A stretch of 64,000 bases of DNA from Octopus vulgaris (Eukaryota). Shown in pieces: positions 1 through 14,220 of this stretch (the stretch's first letter is position 1; every line of letters begins with the position of its first letter). The stretch is from the NCBI GenBank assembly GCA_951406725.2, contig OX597825.1, forward strand, positions 81,468,001-81,532,000, read 5' to 3'. The notes under the pieces are model-generated. The model was not told the DNA's origin. It saw only the letters and a program-made list of their open reading frames with translations, and searched no databases. A program made the position numbers and the translations under genes.

Positions 1-9
1 TTTAAGCCA

Positions 10-120
10 CGGATTTTTGTCAGTAAACAGGTCGCGGTCTTATAGCGACAAAAAAAAAATATTTTGACAAATTAAACTTAAATGTTGAAGTGAATCGAAC
101 GGCTTTTGTGTGTTTATTAA
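10..120 (+). repeat. Dispersed repeat fragment, second copy at ~55041-55145 (probable DNA-transposon part)
   Basis: gatttttgtcagt(a/g)aacaggtcgcggtctta...gacaaattaaacttaaatgttgaagtgaatcgaa(c/t)ggcttttgtgtgttt is near-identical at both sites. Confidence 0.8.
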
Positions 121-129
121 AATTACCGC

Positions 130-1290
130 GGAATAGAAAACCTTCCAGAAATTGTCCATAGTTTCAGCAAAGACATCATGATGAGCCTGGGATTGAATGA
201 ATGTACCAAAGTGACATCGAGAAGAAGCAAATTAATCAACATTGAAACGTTGCACCGGTCAAAGACATAGAAATCAGAGGGATTAAGTCACGATCGCCCA
301 TATGACTCATCTAGGAGTAGAGGAAATAACGAAAATACAACACACGGAAATGAAAGAGAAAATTAGAAGATAATACTAAAGGAGAACTGGACTAATATTA
401 AACACTGAAGTCAGTGCTGAAAATAAGATAATAAGGATAAAACTGCTAGCCATACCAGTAATAAATTACAGTTCCAACATAATAAGCTGAAAGATTAGTG
501 AATTCAAAAACTTAGAAAACCCAGAGAATTGTTAATAACAAACGAAGTCACCACCCGAAAGCAGACACAGACAGAATATGTCTACTCAGCTTAGAAGGAG
601 GTCGCGGCCTGATACAGATGGAGGAACGGTATAAAATAGTAACAGCTGAACTAGAAAGATACTTGGAAACAAAAGATGGAGGACAAGTACATGTCATAAA
701 GCAACACACACACACAAAGAATGAAAACGCTTTTGTCTATGCAAAAGGAGGCAACAAAGCGGAAAACAGAAACAAACTAGTGATGCACTAATCTCAGATA
801 ACAGCAAAGCAGAAGATGGCCAAAGAGACAGAAAACATGAAAACAGAACTGCAAAGCATACTAAAGAAGAAATGGAGAGAAAAATCAGTCCATGGCCAAT
901 ACCCTGCAAAACTTGACATAGCAAACGTGAACCTAATTAAAAGCTAATAATGGCTCAAAAATTCTGGACTAAAAGCAGAAACGGAAGGACTGATTATCGC
1001 TGCAAAAGACCAATGCCTGACTACAAATAATTATAAAAGCAAAATAGGTCCTAACGCCAACTACCGAAGGTGTAACCAACAGAATGAGACAGTTGACCAC
1101 TTCGTCAAGTCCTTGACAAATCTGAACATATAAGTATATATAAGCAAGCTACAAAAATCAGAATTGCTTGGAACTCTAAGAATTCTTTCCAGGGTTCTTG
1201 AAGTAAGATCAGTAAGAGACACCTTAGTCTGCTGGCTGTGGACAGCTGACACTTTCCATCATAATAAGCTGAGAGATTTCATATAATAAC
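130..1290 (+). mobile_element. Decayed R4/Dong-like non-LTR retrotransposon, RT C-terminus to 3' end
   Basis: Frameshifted translation gives VHSFSKDI, LGVEE..QHTEMKEKIR, HHPKADTDR..EGGRGLIQ, HGQY, WLKNSGLKAETEGLIIAAKDQCL.TNNY, RCNQQNETVDH, LQKSELLGT.RILSRVL; followed by a trinucleotide tail. Confidence 0.85.
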
Positions 1291-1387
1291 AATGATGATG
1301 ATGATGATGATGATGATGATGCTGATGATGATGATGTTAATGATGATGATGATGATGATGATAATAATAATAATAATAACAACAACA

Positions 1388-1506
1388 TATGGCTGTGATG
1401 CATGTGCTTGGTGTACCCCTATCAGACGGGTAGTCATGATGGGTATACTGGGCTTCGTATATTTTAACCCAGTGTTACTTTGATGGCATGCACTGTTCTC
1501 TCACTC

Positions 1507-1556
<50 letters not shown>

Positions 1557-1579
1557 TAATAAAAATAATAATAATAATA
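1388..1579 (+). mobile_element. LINE 3'-terminal fragment with (AAT)n tail; homologous to the reverse complement of ~62207-62320
   Basis: gcttggtgtac..atcagacgggt.gtcat.atgggtat.ctgggcttcgtatattt..accc.agtgt.actttgat.gcatg...ctctcactca is shared with the minus-strand element at 62.2 kb. Confidence 0.75.
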
Positions 1580-1911
1580 GTCGACATAGCATGCCCCGGT
1601 GACAACAAGATCAATGTGAAAGAAATATATACAAATACATAAAAAGGCAAATATACACAAATGCATAAATAAATAATTGTACATTCAAGAACCACAAGAA
1701 CAACAACGAAAAACAAAGAGTCACGGTTATTTTATTCCCCCTCAGTTCTGTTTGCTTGATTGCTTAAAACATAAAAGTGTGTGGCAGGTCCTTTATGAAG
1801 TAAAGTCTCTAACGAAATATATCTGTTTCAATAATATTGGCAGGTTTCTCCATTATTTCGATTGGCAGTCCCCTATGCTGAAAGCAGCAGCAGTAGTATT
1901 AGTATTAGTAT

Positions 1912-1945
<34 letters not shown>

Positions 1946-2029
1946 TGTAGTAGCAGCAGGAGCAGCTGAAGGAGTATTAATTGTAGTAAGAGTAGTATCA
2001 ATTCGTCTCCACTTAACATCTAATACACA

Positions 2030-2063
2030 TTTTTCTTTCTTTCTTTTCTCTTTCTTTCTTTTT

Positions 2064-2099
<36 letters not shown>

Positions 2100-2135
2100 T
2101 TTCTTTTCTTTCTTCCTTTCTTCCTTTCTTTCTTC

Positions 2136-2181
<46 letters not shown>

Positions 2182-2225
2182 CTTCTTCTTCTTCTTCTTC
2201 TTCTTCTTCTTCTTCTTCTTCTTCT
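2030..2225. repeat. (TTTC)n/(TCT)n polypyrimidine microsatellite
   Basis: Direct inspection. Confidence 0.95.
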
Positions 2226-2484
2226 GCTCCCGTCCTCCTCCTTCTCCTCATCTACCACTTCCTCCCCCTCCCCATTCCTTCTTTTTTCTTCTCCTCCTCC
2301 TTCGTTTTCTTCTTCTTCTTACCCTCCTCCTTCTCTTCCTCATCTTCTCTTTCCTTCTTCCTCTTCATTTTCTTCTGTTACTTCTCTTCCAATCATCCTG
2401 TCATACATAGGCAAAAAATGCATAGGCACATTCCTACATATATACATGTACATATATACCTACATAAATCTATACATTCATTGC

Positions 2485-2735
2485 TACATACATACATACA
2501 CACATACATACATACATACATACACACATACATTCATGCATACACACATACATGCATACATACATACATGCATACATACATGCATACATACATACATACA
2601 TGCATACTTTCATATATACATGAATACATACATACATACATGCATGCAAACATACATAAATACATACATACATACATGCATACATACATACATACATGCA
2701 TACATACGTACATCCATACATGCATAACATACAGA
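2485..2735. repeat. Imperfect (CATA)n microsatellite
   Basis: Direct inspection. Confidence 0.95.
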
Positions 2736-3227
2736 CAGACAGACAAACGGACATTCATACAATCTGGAAAATGCTAGATTTTCCAGAAAAAGATATTAAC
2801 CAGAGAACATGCACTTTACATATATAGTCCGTAAGCGGATCAATAAAAGTATGTGAGATTTTTCTCAACTTTAGCATGTAACACCATATTTGTGGTCAAC
2901 ATTCTAACGGTGAGGCTTTGAGCTTTGTTAGACACAAGCACCCGTTTAACAGGAAGACCCCAAATAATTCAAAATAGAGGAGACCTTAACAGATTCATAT
3001 ATTCATAAATCATGCATACTTGCATGCATATATCACGTGACCGGCCAGATTATCAGATGTTGCAACACACGTCGCTGATCACAATGCGCTTTGCATCTAA
3101 TCCAGGCATCAAACCTCATTTTGATTGTTGAATATTATAGCCAAACAATATTAAAGAAAACAATGAAATAGTAAATAAAGCAACGAAATCAGAAATTAAT
3201 GGAAGAAGTAGAATAACAGACTATGAA

Positions 3228-3725
3228 AGAAGGAGGAGAAGGAGGAGGAGGAGGAGGAGGAGAATGAAGAGAAGGAGGCGAAGAGGCAAAGAAGGAGGAG
3301 GAGGAGAAGAAAAAGGACAAGAAGAAGAAGAAGAAGAGGAAGCAGAAGAGGGAGGAGGAGGAGAAGAAGAAGAAAGAAGAAGAAGAAGAAGAAGAAGAAG
3401 AAGAAGAAGAAGAAGCAGAAGAAGAAGGTGAGAAGGAGGAGCAGGAGGAGAAGAAGAAGAAGGAAGAGGAGGTGGAAAAGAAGAAGGAGGAGGCGGAGGT
3501 GGAGAAAAAAGAAAAAGAAGGAGGAGAAGAAGAAGATGAAGATGAAGAAGCAAAAGAAGAAGGAAAAGAAGAAGGAGAAGACGACGACGACGACGAAGAA
3601 GAAGAAGAAGAAGAAGAAGAAGAAGAAGAAGAAGAAGAAGAAGAAGAAGAAGAAGAAGAAGAAGAAGAAGAAGAAGCAAAAGGAGAAGGAAAAGAAGAAG
3701 GAGAAGACGACGAAGAAGAAGAAAT
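3228..3725. repeat. (GAA)/(GGA)n polypurine array
   Basis: Direct inspection; source of the poly-E/K/S ORFs. Confidence 0.95.
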
Positions 3726-4569
3726 AAAGGAAAAAGAAGTGAGGGAAAGAGGAAAGAGAATTATATTAATAATGCGTTGTCTTGCCAATCCCCGGACGTT
3801 CGAGTATTATCATTGCTTGTCAACGTTATTGTTGTTGTTGTTGGTGTTGTTGTTTGCATTGTCGTCTCCGCGAGTCTCGTTTTGACATTGATCCCACGTT
3901 ATAAGCCGCGGATCAACTCGTATATATGTATGTGCCGCAAATATGGCGGCTACGTAACAGATCGCCATCGGATTCCACTCACGATTAATCGTTAGCAGAC
4001 GGTGTCTTGTGTTATTAACTTTCATATCATTTCCCGCAAGATTATTGAAATATTTGCGCTTTTTATTAATGCTATCATCGAAATCTAAAACACTAGCAGG
4101 TCGCCATATGCGTAGGGGGAGGGGGCTCTCCAGCGTATATATGTATGTATGTATGCATGTATATATGTATATATGTTTGTATGTATGTATGTATGTATGT
4201 ATGTATGTATATATGTACGTATGTATGTGTGTATGTGTGCGTGTATAAATATGCTTGCATGTTCGTATGAATATGTTTGTGTTATGCATGTATGTATACA
4301 GGCATGAGGGTGTATGTACGCATGTATATATATATATGTATATATATGTGGTTGTATGCATGTATTTCTGTGTGTGCATATGTGAATGTTTTGGATGTGT
4401 ATGCTTTAACGGGTGTATAAATCTGAAAGTTTTTAATATTTTTTGTATCGTTGTGTACAACACCCCCAGCACACAAACGCACGCACGCATACACACACAT
4501 ATGTGCATATGGCTGTGCGTAAAGATATGAGTATACATATACATGCATATACATAGACATATATGTATA

Positions 4570-4574
4570 TATTT

Positions 4575-4617
<43 letters not shown>

Positions 4618-4721
4618 CATGTATATTCATATGTATGCATATATAAATATATACATATATATATATATATACACACATATATGTGTGTGTTTTTGTGTGT
4701 ATATGTATGTATCTTTCTGTC

Positions 4722-4773
<52 letters not shown>

Positions 4774-4829
4774 TGCGTGTGTGTGTATATGTATGTATGT
4801 TTCTGTCTGTCTGTCTATCTATCTATCTG

Positions 4830-4891
<62 letters not shown>

Positions 4892-4988
4892 AGTCTATCT
4901 GTCTCTCTGTCTATCTGTCTCTGTCTGTCTGTCTGTCTCTCTCTCTCCCTCTCTCGCTCTCTCTCTCTCCCTCTCCCTCTCTCTCTCT

Positions 4989-5081
<93 letters not shown>
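4570..5081. repeat. Compound microsatellite (TA)n-(GT)n-(CTAT)n-(CT)n-(TA)n
   Basis: Direct inspection. Confidence 0.95.
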
Positions 5082-5987
5082 CGTGTTTGAGGGGCCATGT
5101 ACTTCAGTACTTATGTTTGTCCTTTCATTGAGGCGGTGGTGGTGCTGAATAGCGTGGATGGTGGTGAAAACGAACGAGATAAGATGACGGAAAAAGAACT
5201 GACGAGAAAATGGCGTGCCGGTCGATATATCAACGATATAATTTGTAACTGCCATATTTCATTGGACAATGAATTTTAGCGACTCTAACCATGTTGGATA
5301 TAATCCTAGTTTTGTGGTCAACAACCTAACGTGCTGAGTCTGCGACGATTCCAGCGGGGAAATTATTCTCTTCACGTATTCTGAACCACGGTACCATTTT
5401 GTCACTGTGGCTCTAATCCACCCTTCCTTTCCTTTAACAGCCTCGTTTTCAATCTCCCCATCCACCATTTTCTCGTCTGTATTCTCTCTTAATATGTTTA
5501 TATATTTCTGCCCAAACCCCTCTCTCTCTGTTTCGCTTCTTTCTCTGTTTGTCTGTCTGTATTACAACAAAAGGAATTTGATAATCGCTTATTTATATTC
5601 ATTCAGCCACAATTGTTCGGAGCGGACTTGCAACACTCATGTGATTTCAATCGGTCATCCGTTGGTCACCATTTTGTATGACGAGCACGTTCGAAAGGGG
5701 GAAGGTGTACCGAGTCCAAGAGCGTGCGTGGTAGCGTGCGTGCGTATGTGTTCCATGTGTGAAGGGAGCGTTTGGGTGGGTGTGGGTGTGTTTGGTGCAG
5801 TGGGCGGTTGGGTGGGTGATTCTAACGATGTCCGATGTCCGAAAATGAAGAATTATCGCACAAGTGGCAGTAAGGCGTTCATTAAAAATATGATTGGAAG
5901 AGATAGAAGTCAGGTTTAGCGACTTCAACTAAACAAGTATAAAAATATTACGAATAATGGAATACGCCATAGAACACACACATATTG

Positions 5988-6047
<60 letters not shown>

Positions 6048-6149
6048 ATATACATATATAAATATATATATAATAATAATATTAGATAACATAATACCAA
6101 GTAATATAATGAAATATAAAATGCAATATATTATATAAAATACAGTATA

Positions 6150-6182
6150 TTATTGTTGTTGTTGTTGTTGTTGTTGTTGCTG

Positions 6183-6253
<71 letters not shown>

Positions 6254-6378
6254 TCTGTTGTTGTTGTTATTATTATTTCTTTTGCTGTTATTATTATTAT
6301 TATTATTATCATTATTATTATTATCATTATTGCTGTTGTTGTTGTTATTGTTGTTGTTGTTGTGGTTGTTGTTGTTAT
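6150..6378. repeat. (TTG)/(TTA)n microsatellite
   Basis: Direct inspection. Confidence 0.95.
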
Positions 6379-7785
6379 CAAATTGTGTAAAATATGTAAA
6401 AAGAAATAGAAAAGGTGAGAATGTGATAAAGTTCAAATTAATATTGTTGTTATTCCAGTTATCGTTCTCAATACAAAAATGAAGTTAATGATGCTGTTGG
6501 TGGCTGTGGAGGATAAAACGATAAAGATGACGACGATGTCGACTACGGTGATGATGATGGTGAATGATGATGATGATCGTAATGATGATGGTGATAGTAG
6601 TAGTGGTGGTGTGGGTGGTGGTAAAGAAAGTGATGAAGATATGATGCTAATGGTCGTGTTTATGTTGTTACTCTTGATGATGATGATGATGATGACGACG
6701 ACGATGATAATAATTATAATGCCACCACCACAACCACCACCACCACCACCACTACCACCACAACCACAACCCCACCACCACTACCACCATCACCACCACC
6801 GCCGCCGCCGCCGTTGCCACCATCTACATTTATTTTTCCTGTTTTTCTTCCGTTTTCTTTTTACTTAATCTCAACATTTATAAAGAAACAGACACGTTAA
6901 TCCACTCTGATCTGCTCTTCTACAATTTACATCTATTTGTTCTTCTTCGGGCCCATCTCATCCCCATCACTACACTCCGTCACACCACACCCGTCCCTCC
7001 ATCCCTCCATCCCTCCCTCTGTCCCCACTCCACGTCCACCCCAACAGACACGGCTAGATTGTCTCAGAAACCTCCTCTTATTTGAGATTATGATAACGTC
7101 ACGAAATCGACTGAGTTAATCTGACCTCTGTGTGTGTGTATGTGTGTATGACTGTGCGAGTGTTGTGTATAAGGAGAGTGGTAGGAGGGAGGGGTGAGAG
7201 GAAAATCTATTAAAGTAGCCACCCTCAATAATTCACACTCTTCTTCTTCTTCTTCTTCTTCTTCTTCTTCATTTTCTTTTTTTCTTTTTCTTCATTTTTC
7301 TCATTTTCTCCATTTACTCGTTTTCTTCTTTTCCTTCTCTTTTCCTCCTCCTCTTCTTCTTCTTCCTCCTTTTTCTCTTCCTCTTCCTTACACCTCTCCT
7401 CCTATTCCTTACACACTTCTGCCTCCTCCTCTTCCATGCTTTTTACCACCTACACATTCACCACAACCACAATCGTTGTCGACATCATCATCAGCCCCAT
7501 TACCTTCATCCCCATCATTCTTATTCCCTTCCTTCCTCATCCTCACCACCATCAGCACAACAATAAGGCACGACCATTTAGTCAAAGAACGACCTTCGAC
7601 ATGGCTGCCGCAGCCGCAAAAAGTAACAGCCAAATGTCTCTCAGAGTACAATGTTTCTAAAAGAAGGAAACTCGAATTGGATAACGAACATTTAAGCACA
7701 CAAAACCCCCACCCCACCACACTCACAGATAAACATGTATGTATATCTATACACACACGCATATATATTTGTGTGTGTTTGTGTG

Positions 7786-7841
<56 letters not shown>

Positions 7842-7913
7842 CACACATACATATATATATATACATGTACATATATATATATAATGAAAATAAGCAACAA
7901 GAATGACTCCGGT

Positions 7914-8007
7914 AATTTGGTACGATCGTTTCGTACTACATCATTTTATTAAATGTTGTAAGTATTGCAACAACAGATTTAAGATGCTGAGTACTCATCA
8001 GCCAATT
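7914..8007 (-). ncRNA. Type I hammerhead ribozyme, intact core, long helix II (Penelope-like)
   Basis: Minus strand: aaUUGG CUGAUGA GUACU..(~62 nt stem-loop)..AGUAC GAAA CGAUCG UA CCAAauu; helix III is the palindrome ACGAUCGU and the cleavage triplet is GUA. Confidence 0.8.
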
Positions 8008-9795
8008 ATAGAGGTTTTCCATTAATACAGAAATTTTCAAATCAAGTGGCAACATTATAGAGAAGGTAGATATACAGACAAAGATGTGGATTTAAATTTT
8101 AAGAACATATGAAGTAGTGAAGTCCTTCCACTGACTGACTAAGATATGGTTGTTCCTAACTGCTGTAAGGTTAGAAGCAATAAAGATTTTTTTAATTGTA
8201 GAAATGGGGGTAAAGGAGGTTTCAGAACTCCGTAAAAGGAATTCATGTTGAAGACAGCAATTGCCACTAATAAATGCCAATTACTGCTATTTGATGAGAG
8301 AAACTAGGTCAATATCAAATGGTCCTAATCCCATTCAAAGAGAGTGTAATTTAGAGAAAAAAAACCTATCACTTATTATTATGAGTAGACATAGTATTTT
8401 TTAACTGGGGGAAAGCCTTATTAATTTTAAAGCTAGATTAATTTTAGACAAAAATTCCAATTTCAAGTTTGCAGTGAAGTGTTTTTAGTCATCTATGATA
8501 GACAGATATATAGATAAATAGATAGATCAATAGATAGATAGACAGACTGATAGACGGATATAACAATATAATCGTATGTTTTGGATATTTATATAAATGC
8601 TTGCTGTATATATTTATATTACGATTCAATACATAAGGACTGGATGGTCACGATTGGACTGTCTTTCGACATAGTCTTGCTTCATTCACTACAACACCTG
8701 TTGTTGCTAATTTATCTGAAATAATTGGAATATTACATGAGCCTCGATCGAGGCGTGTGGTTTGCTAGAAGTAGTAGCTATATCACCCTTAAAATACCTT
8801 AGTGAAACAGCGTGGTCTTGGAACTAATTCAGCGTAGAAGTAAGACAGGATTGTCACGGCTGGAAGAAAGGTATTGATTGAAATGGTTAAGGGATACGGA
8901 TTAGCCTTATGGTCAGCAACACATGCATTTCAACCATTACGTCCATCTACAAATACCAACAAAAACAACAAAAGCATCATCATCGTCATCATCTACGCCA
9001 CAACTATTACAACCACCACCACCACCCCCTCCTCAACAACAACAACAACAACAACAATACTAGCAACAATCATCGCTGCGACAACCACCACTACCCAAAT
9101 TATCAATGCCTCCACCACCACCACCACTAACACCACCAGCATCACCTCTACCACCACCACTAACACCATCACCTCTATCAAAATCACCACCACCACCACC
9201 ACAACCACTGACCAATACCACCATCATAAACTATCGACATAGCCACCATCAACATTTCCAGCCCCATTGAGGCCACCAGCAATGCCACCAGCAACCACCA
9301 CCACCACCACCACCACCACCACCACCACCACCACCACCAGCAATACCACCACTACCGTCGCCGCCACCCGGCCACCGCCGCCCTTATCACCGTCGTCACC
9401 ACAAGCGGCTCCATGGTTGACACAGTTAAGCCCGAGCTAATATATTTTGCCAGAAACATATGAAGGAGATTAGTGAAGGCAATAACTGTTCATTCCCCTG
9501 TGTTGGATTTCGTATTGGAAGGTGGGAAGGGGTTCGGAGGGGGTGGGAGGGAGTTTGGTCAGGATTATGATGACGGGAAAGGCGTGGGGGCAAGGTGTGG
9601 GGGCAAGGTGTGGGGGAAGAAAGTGTGAATATACATAGAAATATGCCCTTACATACATGCACACGAACATCTACACACACATCCACACATGTACATATAC
9701 ACATACATATATATAAATATATCTATATCTATCTATCCCTCTCTCTATATATATATATATATATGTGGGCAGGGTGTATATCTATCTATCTATCC

Positions 9796-9879
<84 letters not shown>

Positions 9880-9940
9880 GTATATAGATATATATGTATA
9901 TACATACATACATACATACATACATACATACATACATACA

Positions 9941-9974
<34 letters not shown>

Positions 9975-10591
9975 CATGCATACATAAATACATATATGCA
10001 TACATACATACATACATACATGCAGATATACAATATCGAACACATTCACGAGGTATTAAGTTTGCTTGTTCGTGTGTAGGCTGCGCTTATTGGCGTAAGA
10101 GAGGGTATTCTCATCAATTCGCCTGGTGGTAATCGATTCCCACCTCGCTCCTAGACTACAATGGATAATGTAAGTACAATTTGAACACTGGGGTCGATGT
10201 TATTGACTTACATCCAACCCCGAAATTGCTGGCATTGTGCCAAAATTTGAAACCAATAAATCAATATTCCTTGGAATATTAAATGGATTTTGTGGGAAAT
10301 TTGCAAAGTGCTGAATATCCCCTTATGTCACATTCCAAAAGTTATTATTTAGCATTATAAAAGGGATCCCTTACCTTCATGGTACAGAACGCTCAGCCAG
10401 AATTTCAGTTGTACAGGGTACATTTTTCCGTAGGGTCTTGCTGGTCGCTTTCTTCCCCGTCTTCTAAAATTATTTACTCAAATTTTTAATCTGTTTTTAC
10501 AGCTCTTCTGCCTTCTGGATTTTACTTAATTTTTTTTTGTAAAATACCAACTGACTCGGTGCTTTTGAGTTTGTTTATAATATACATATAT

Positions 10592-10738
10592 GGCGGACTC
10601 TCACGTCGAAACGACGTATGGTCGTTCATTTTGGCCGAACGACCTGCACAAGTGATTTGTTTATCAGCATCAAATGTTCGTACCGCATATCAGTTCCCTC
10701 TCTCCATCAAATCGACGTTTTGATGGAGAGAGGGAGCT
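10592..10738 (-). mobile_element. 3' part of SINE family D ending in a 20-bp snap-back hairpin
   Basis: Similar to ~32771-32900 (gacgtatg..gccgaac.acc..tgatttgtttat..atcaaatgtt..tccatca.atcgac); agttccctctctccatcaaa/tttgatggagagagggagct arms. Confidence 0.65.
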
Positions 10739-10752
10739 AATGTATATGTATA

Positions 10753-10977
10753 TAAATTAGAGAAAAAAACCCCACTATTATGCAATTCAAACAATGATAG
10801 ACAGAAACCAAATCATAAATCATAAATAAAATATATTTTTATAAAGCATATAACTAGGCCACAAAAAGTATAAAAATGAATAATCAATATATAATAAGTA
10901 ATAAGTATTTATGATTTATGATTTGGTTTATGTCTATCATTGTTTGAATTGCATAATAGTGGTTTTTCTTTAATTTA
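10753..10977. repeat. Inverted repeat, ~75 bp arms and ~77 bp spacer, flanked by TA-rich DNA
   Basis: ccactattatgcaattcaaacaatgatagaca.aaaccaaatcataaatcataaata and its reverse complement at 10906-10977. Confidence 0.9.
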
Positions 10978-10992
10978 CATATATTATATATT

Positions 10993-11059
10993 TATATTGT
11001 GAAATTTGATTTAATACTAAATTGAATTTTTCCCTGTTAGTTTGGAGTTATACTCCCTA
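10993..11059 (-). repeat. Short dispersed repeat; inverted copy at ~55504-55570
   Basis: tagggagtataactcc.aact.acagggaaaaattcaatttagtattaaatcaaatttcacaatata at both sites, each abutting (TAA)n. Confidence 0.85.
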
Positions 11060-11062
11060 ATA

Positions 11063-11064
<2 letters not shown>

Positions 11065-11156
<92 letters not shown>

Positions 11157-11183
11157 TCATCATCATCATTATTATTATTATTA

Positions 11184-11244
<61 letters not shown>

Positions 11245-11256
11245 CATCATCATCAA

Positions 11257-11313
<57 letters not shown>

Positions 11314-11330
11314 TATTATTATTATTATTA
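11065..11330. repeat. (TTA)/(TCA)n microsatellite
   Basis: Direct inspection. Confidence 0.95.
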
Positions 11331-11829
11331 CATATACATACATACAAACACACACACTCACAAACATATATGTATATATAATATCTATTAGCGCATGTTT
11401 GATGGTGTGTATTTTACGCCTGCGCATAGGCATTTTATAAAATGGAATATTTTTATGGCAGAGCAGTTTTCTGCATTCCATACGAAGGATGCAACAAAGC
11501 CAAACACAGAATCAGGCAGAATGTAAAACAAAAAAAACAACAAAAAACATAAAACCATAGAATATAATATTTAATATACTTTTGTGTTTAAGTAGGTGTG
11601 TGTGTGTGTGTAGAGAGAGAGGGGGGGGTAGAGAAAAAAAGGGAGATAAATCAAATAGCTTTTAGAGAAAGTATTCAGCGCGAATAAAAAGTACAAACAA
11701 AAAAAAAAGAAAATAATAGATAAGACGACGTGTGGAGCGAACTTCTTTTCATGAAACGAAGAGTAGTCGACAGTAATGGATAAACGAAGAGTTTAGCGAG
11801 TCACAGATCGCTGAGTCTCATACAGCTTT

Positions 11830-11988
<159 letters not shown>

Positions 11989-12264
11989 GTTGTACTTGTT
12001 GTTAGCGGGGGAAATAATTACTTTGTGGAAATTAAGTCTTGCATACAATGGAACTTGGATGATGGCTGTTAGCTTTATTTACAGAGATCTGTTTGTCTGT
12101 TTGCCTAGATGATGATGATGATGACGATATATATACATACATGTCTATACATAGCTATATATATATATATATGTGTGTGTGTGTAATTATATACATACAT
12201 ATATATGGGTGCATATACATATAGGCTCACATATATACATACACATATAGCACATACATACCGG

Positions 12265-12299
<35 letters not shown>

Positions 12300-12460
12300 G
12301 TGTATATGCTCATATATCTATATTTCTCAATCTTGTCTCTATAATCACTGGAGTGAGGCTATTTCCGTAATAGATAAGACTCTTCTCCTACTCACCCACT
12401 TGCTCTCTCTTCCTTTCTCTCTCTCTCTCACCTTTTTCCTCTTTTGCTGTATATGTGTGT

Positions 12461-12563
<103 letters not shown>

Positions 12564-12577
12564 TCAGAAAATCAAAT

Positions 12578-12664
12578 TTTTCAGATTTCTTATATGCTAG
12601 GCTACTGGTTTTAAATTGATATTAATTATATTAATATTCAATTTATCTCCCTCATTATTTAAAT
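12578..12664 (-). repeat. Short dispersed repeat; inverted copy at ~54825-54910
   Basis: tcagattt..tatatgctag...actggttttaaattgatattaat....ttaatattcaattt matches the reverse complement of the 54.8 kb segment. Confidence 0.75.
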
Positions 12665-12665
12665 G

Positions 12666-13217
<552 letters not shown>

Positions 13218-13597
13218 TCTGTATTGAATTAAATCGTACCAGAGTCTTGTTCTAGTTTCAGGTCAGCCATTGCAGTATGTCCTCTACAAATGTGACGCAG
13301 TTTTTGCACTGACTTCCCTCTCACACTATTTTCATATCTGCTGAGCATTATTGATATCCATTCGAATCTCAGCAGGAACCGATAGTTCGAATGTAATCAA
13401 ACGGCAAGTGTAAAGAGACCGACAGGGCATTGACTTACCCTGTGTTTGTTATTATATATCAGTGGAGGTGGTGGTGGTGGAAGGGAATTGTGTGTGTGTA
13501 TTGCTGCTTTGATGTTTACAAAGGGCAAAACTCAATCACTAAGGTCGGCAGTCGCTATGGTCATGTGTATGTTTGTGTATGTGTGTATATATACACA

Positions 13598-13807
13598 TGT
13601 GGCTGTGTGGTAAGAAGTTTGCTTTCCAACCACATGGTTCCGGGTTCCGTTCCACTGCATGGCACCTTCAGCGAATGTCTTCCGTCCGACTAGAAGTCTT
13701 GTGAGTAGATTTGGTAGATGGAAACTGAAAGAATCCCGTCATATACACACACATGCACAATCACACACAAACATACACACACTCTCTTTCTCTCACTCAC
13801 ACAGATA

Positions 13808-13842
<35 letters not shown>

Positions 13843-13990
13843 CACGAGCACGGGTGTGTCATTGTATCTGTGTTCGTCCGCCACACAGTTTGATAACCGG
13901 TTCTGGTTTGTTTACTTCCCTGTAATCTTGTAGTTGAGCGAAAATGACCGATGGAACAGGCACTTTAAAAGTAAACAAAATGTACTCGAA
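13598..13990 (+). mobile_element. SINE family A, diverged
   Basis: tggctgtgtggtaagaag..ccaaccacatggttccgggttc..gatttggtagatggaaactgaaagaa. Confidence 0.8.
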
Positions 13991-14030
13991 CCCTTTGTCA
14001 AGTGTTAGCATGGAACGAAAGCGAACAACA

Positions 14031-14031
<1 letters not shown>

Positions 14032-14100
<69 letters not shown>

Positions 14101-14103
14101 GCA

Positions 14104-14170
<67 letters not shown>
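14032..14170. repeat. (CA)n microsatellite
   Basis: Direct inspection. Confidence 0.95.
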
Positions 14171-14173
<3 letters not shown>

Positions 14174-14220
14174 CGACTGGTTTCTTTCAGTTTCCGTCCA
14201 CCAAATATCTTTTATACTTT

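Noticed and set aside
1677-2777. 366-aa ORF
   Set aside because: Runs through consecutive stop-free microsatellites; no domain or realistic composition
7194-7952. 252-aa ORF with NLS-like KRRK
   Set aside because: Mostly repeat-derived; the short unique middle has no recognisable homology
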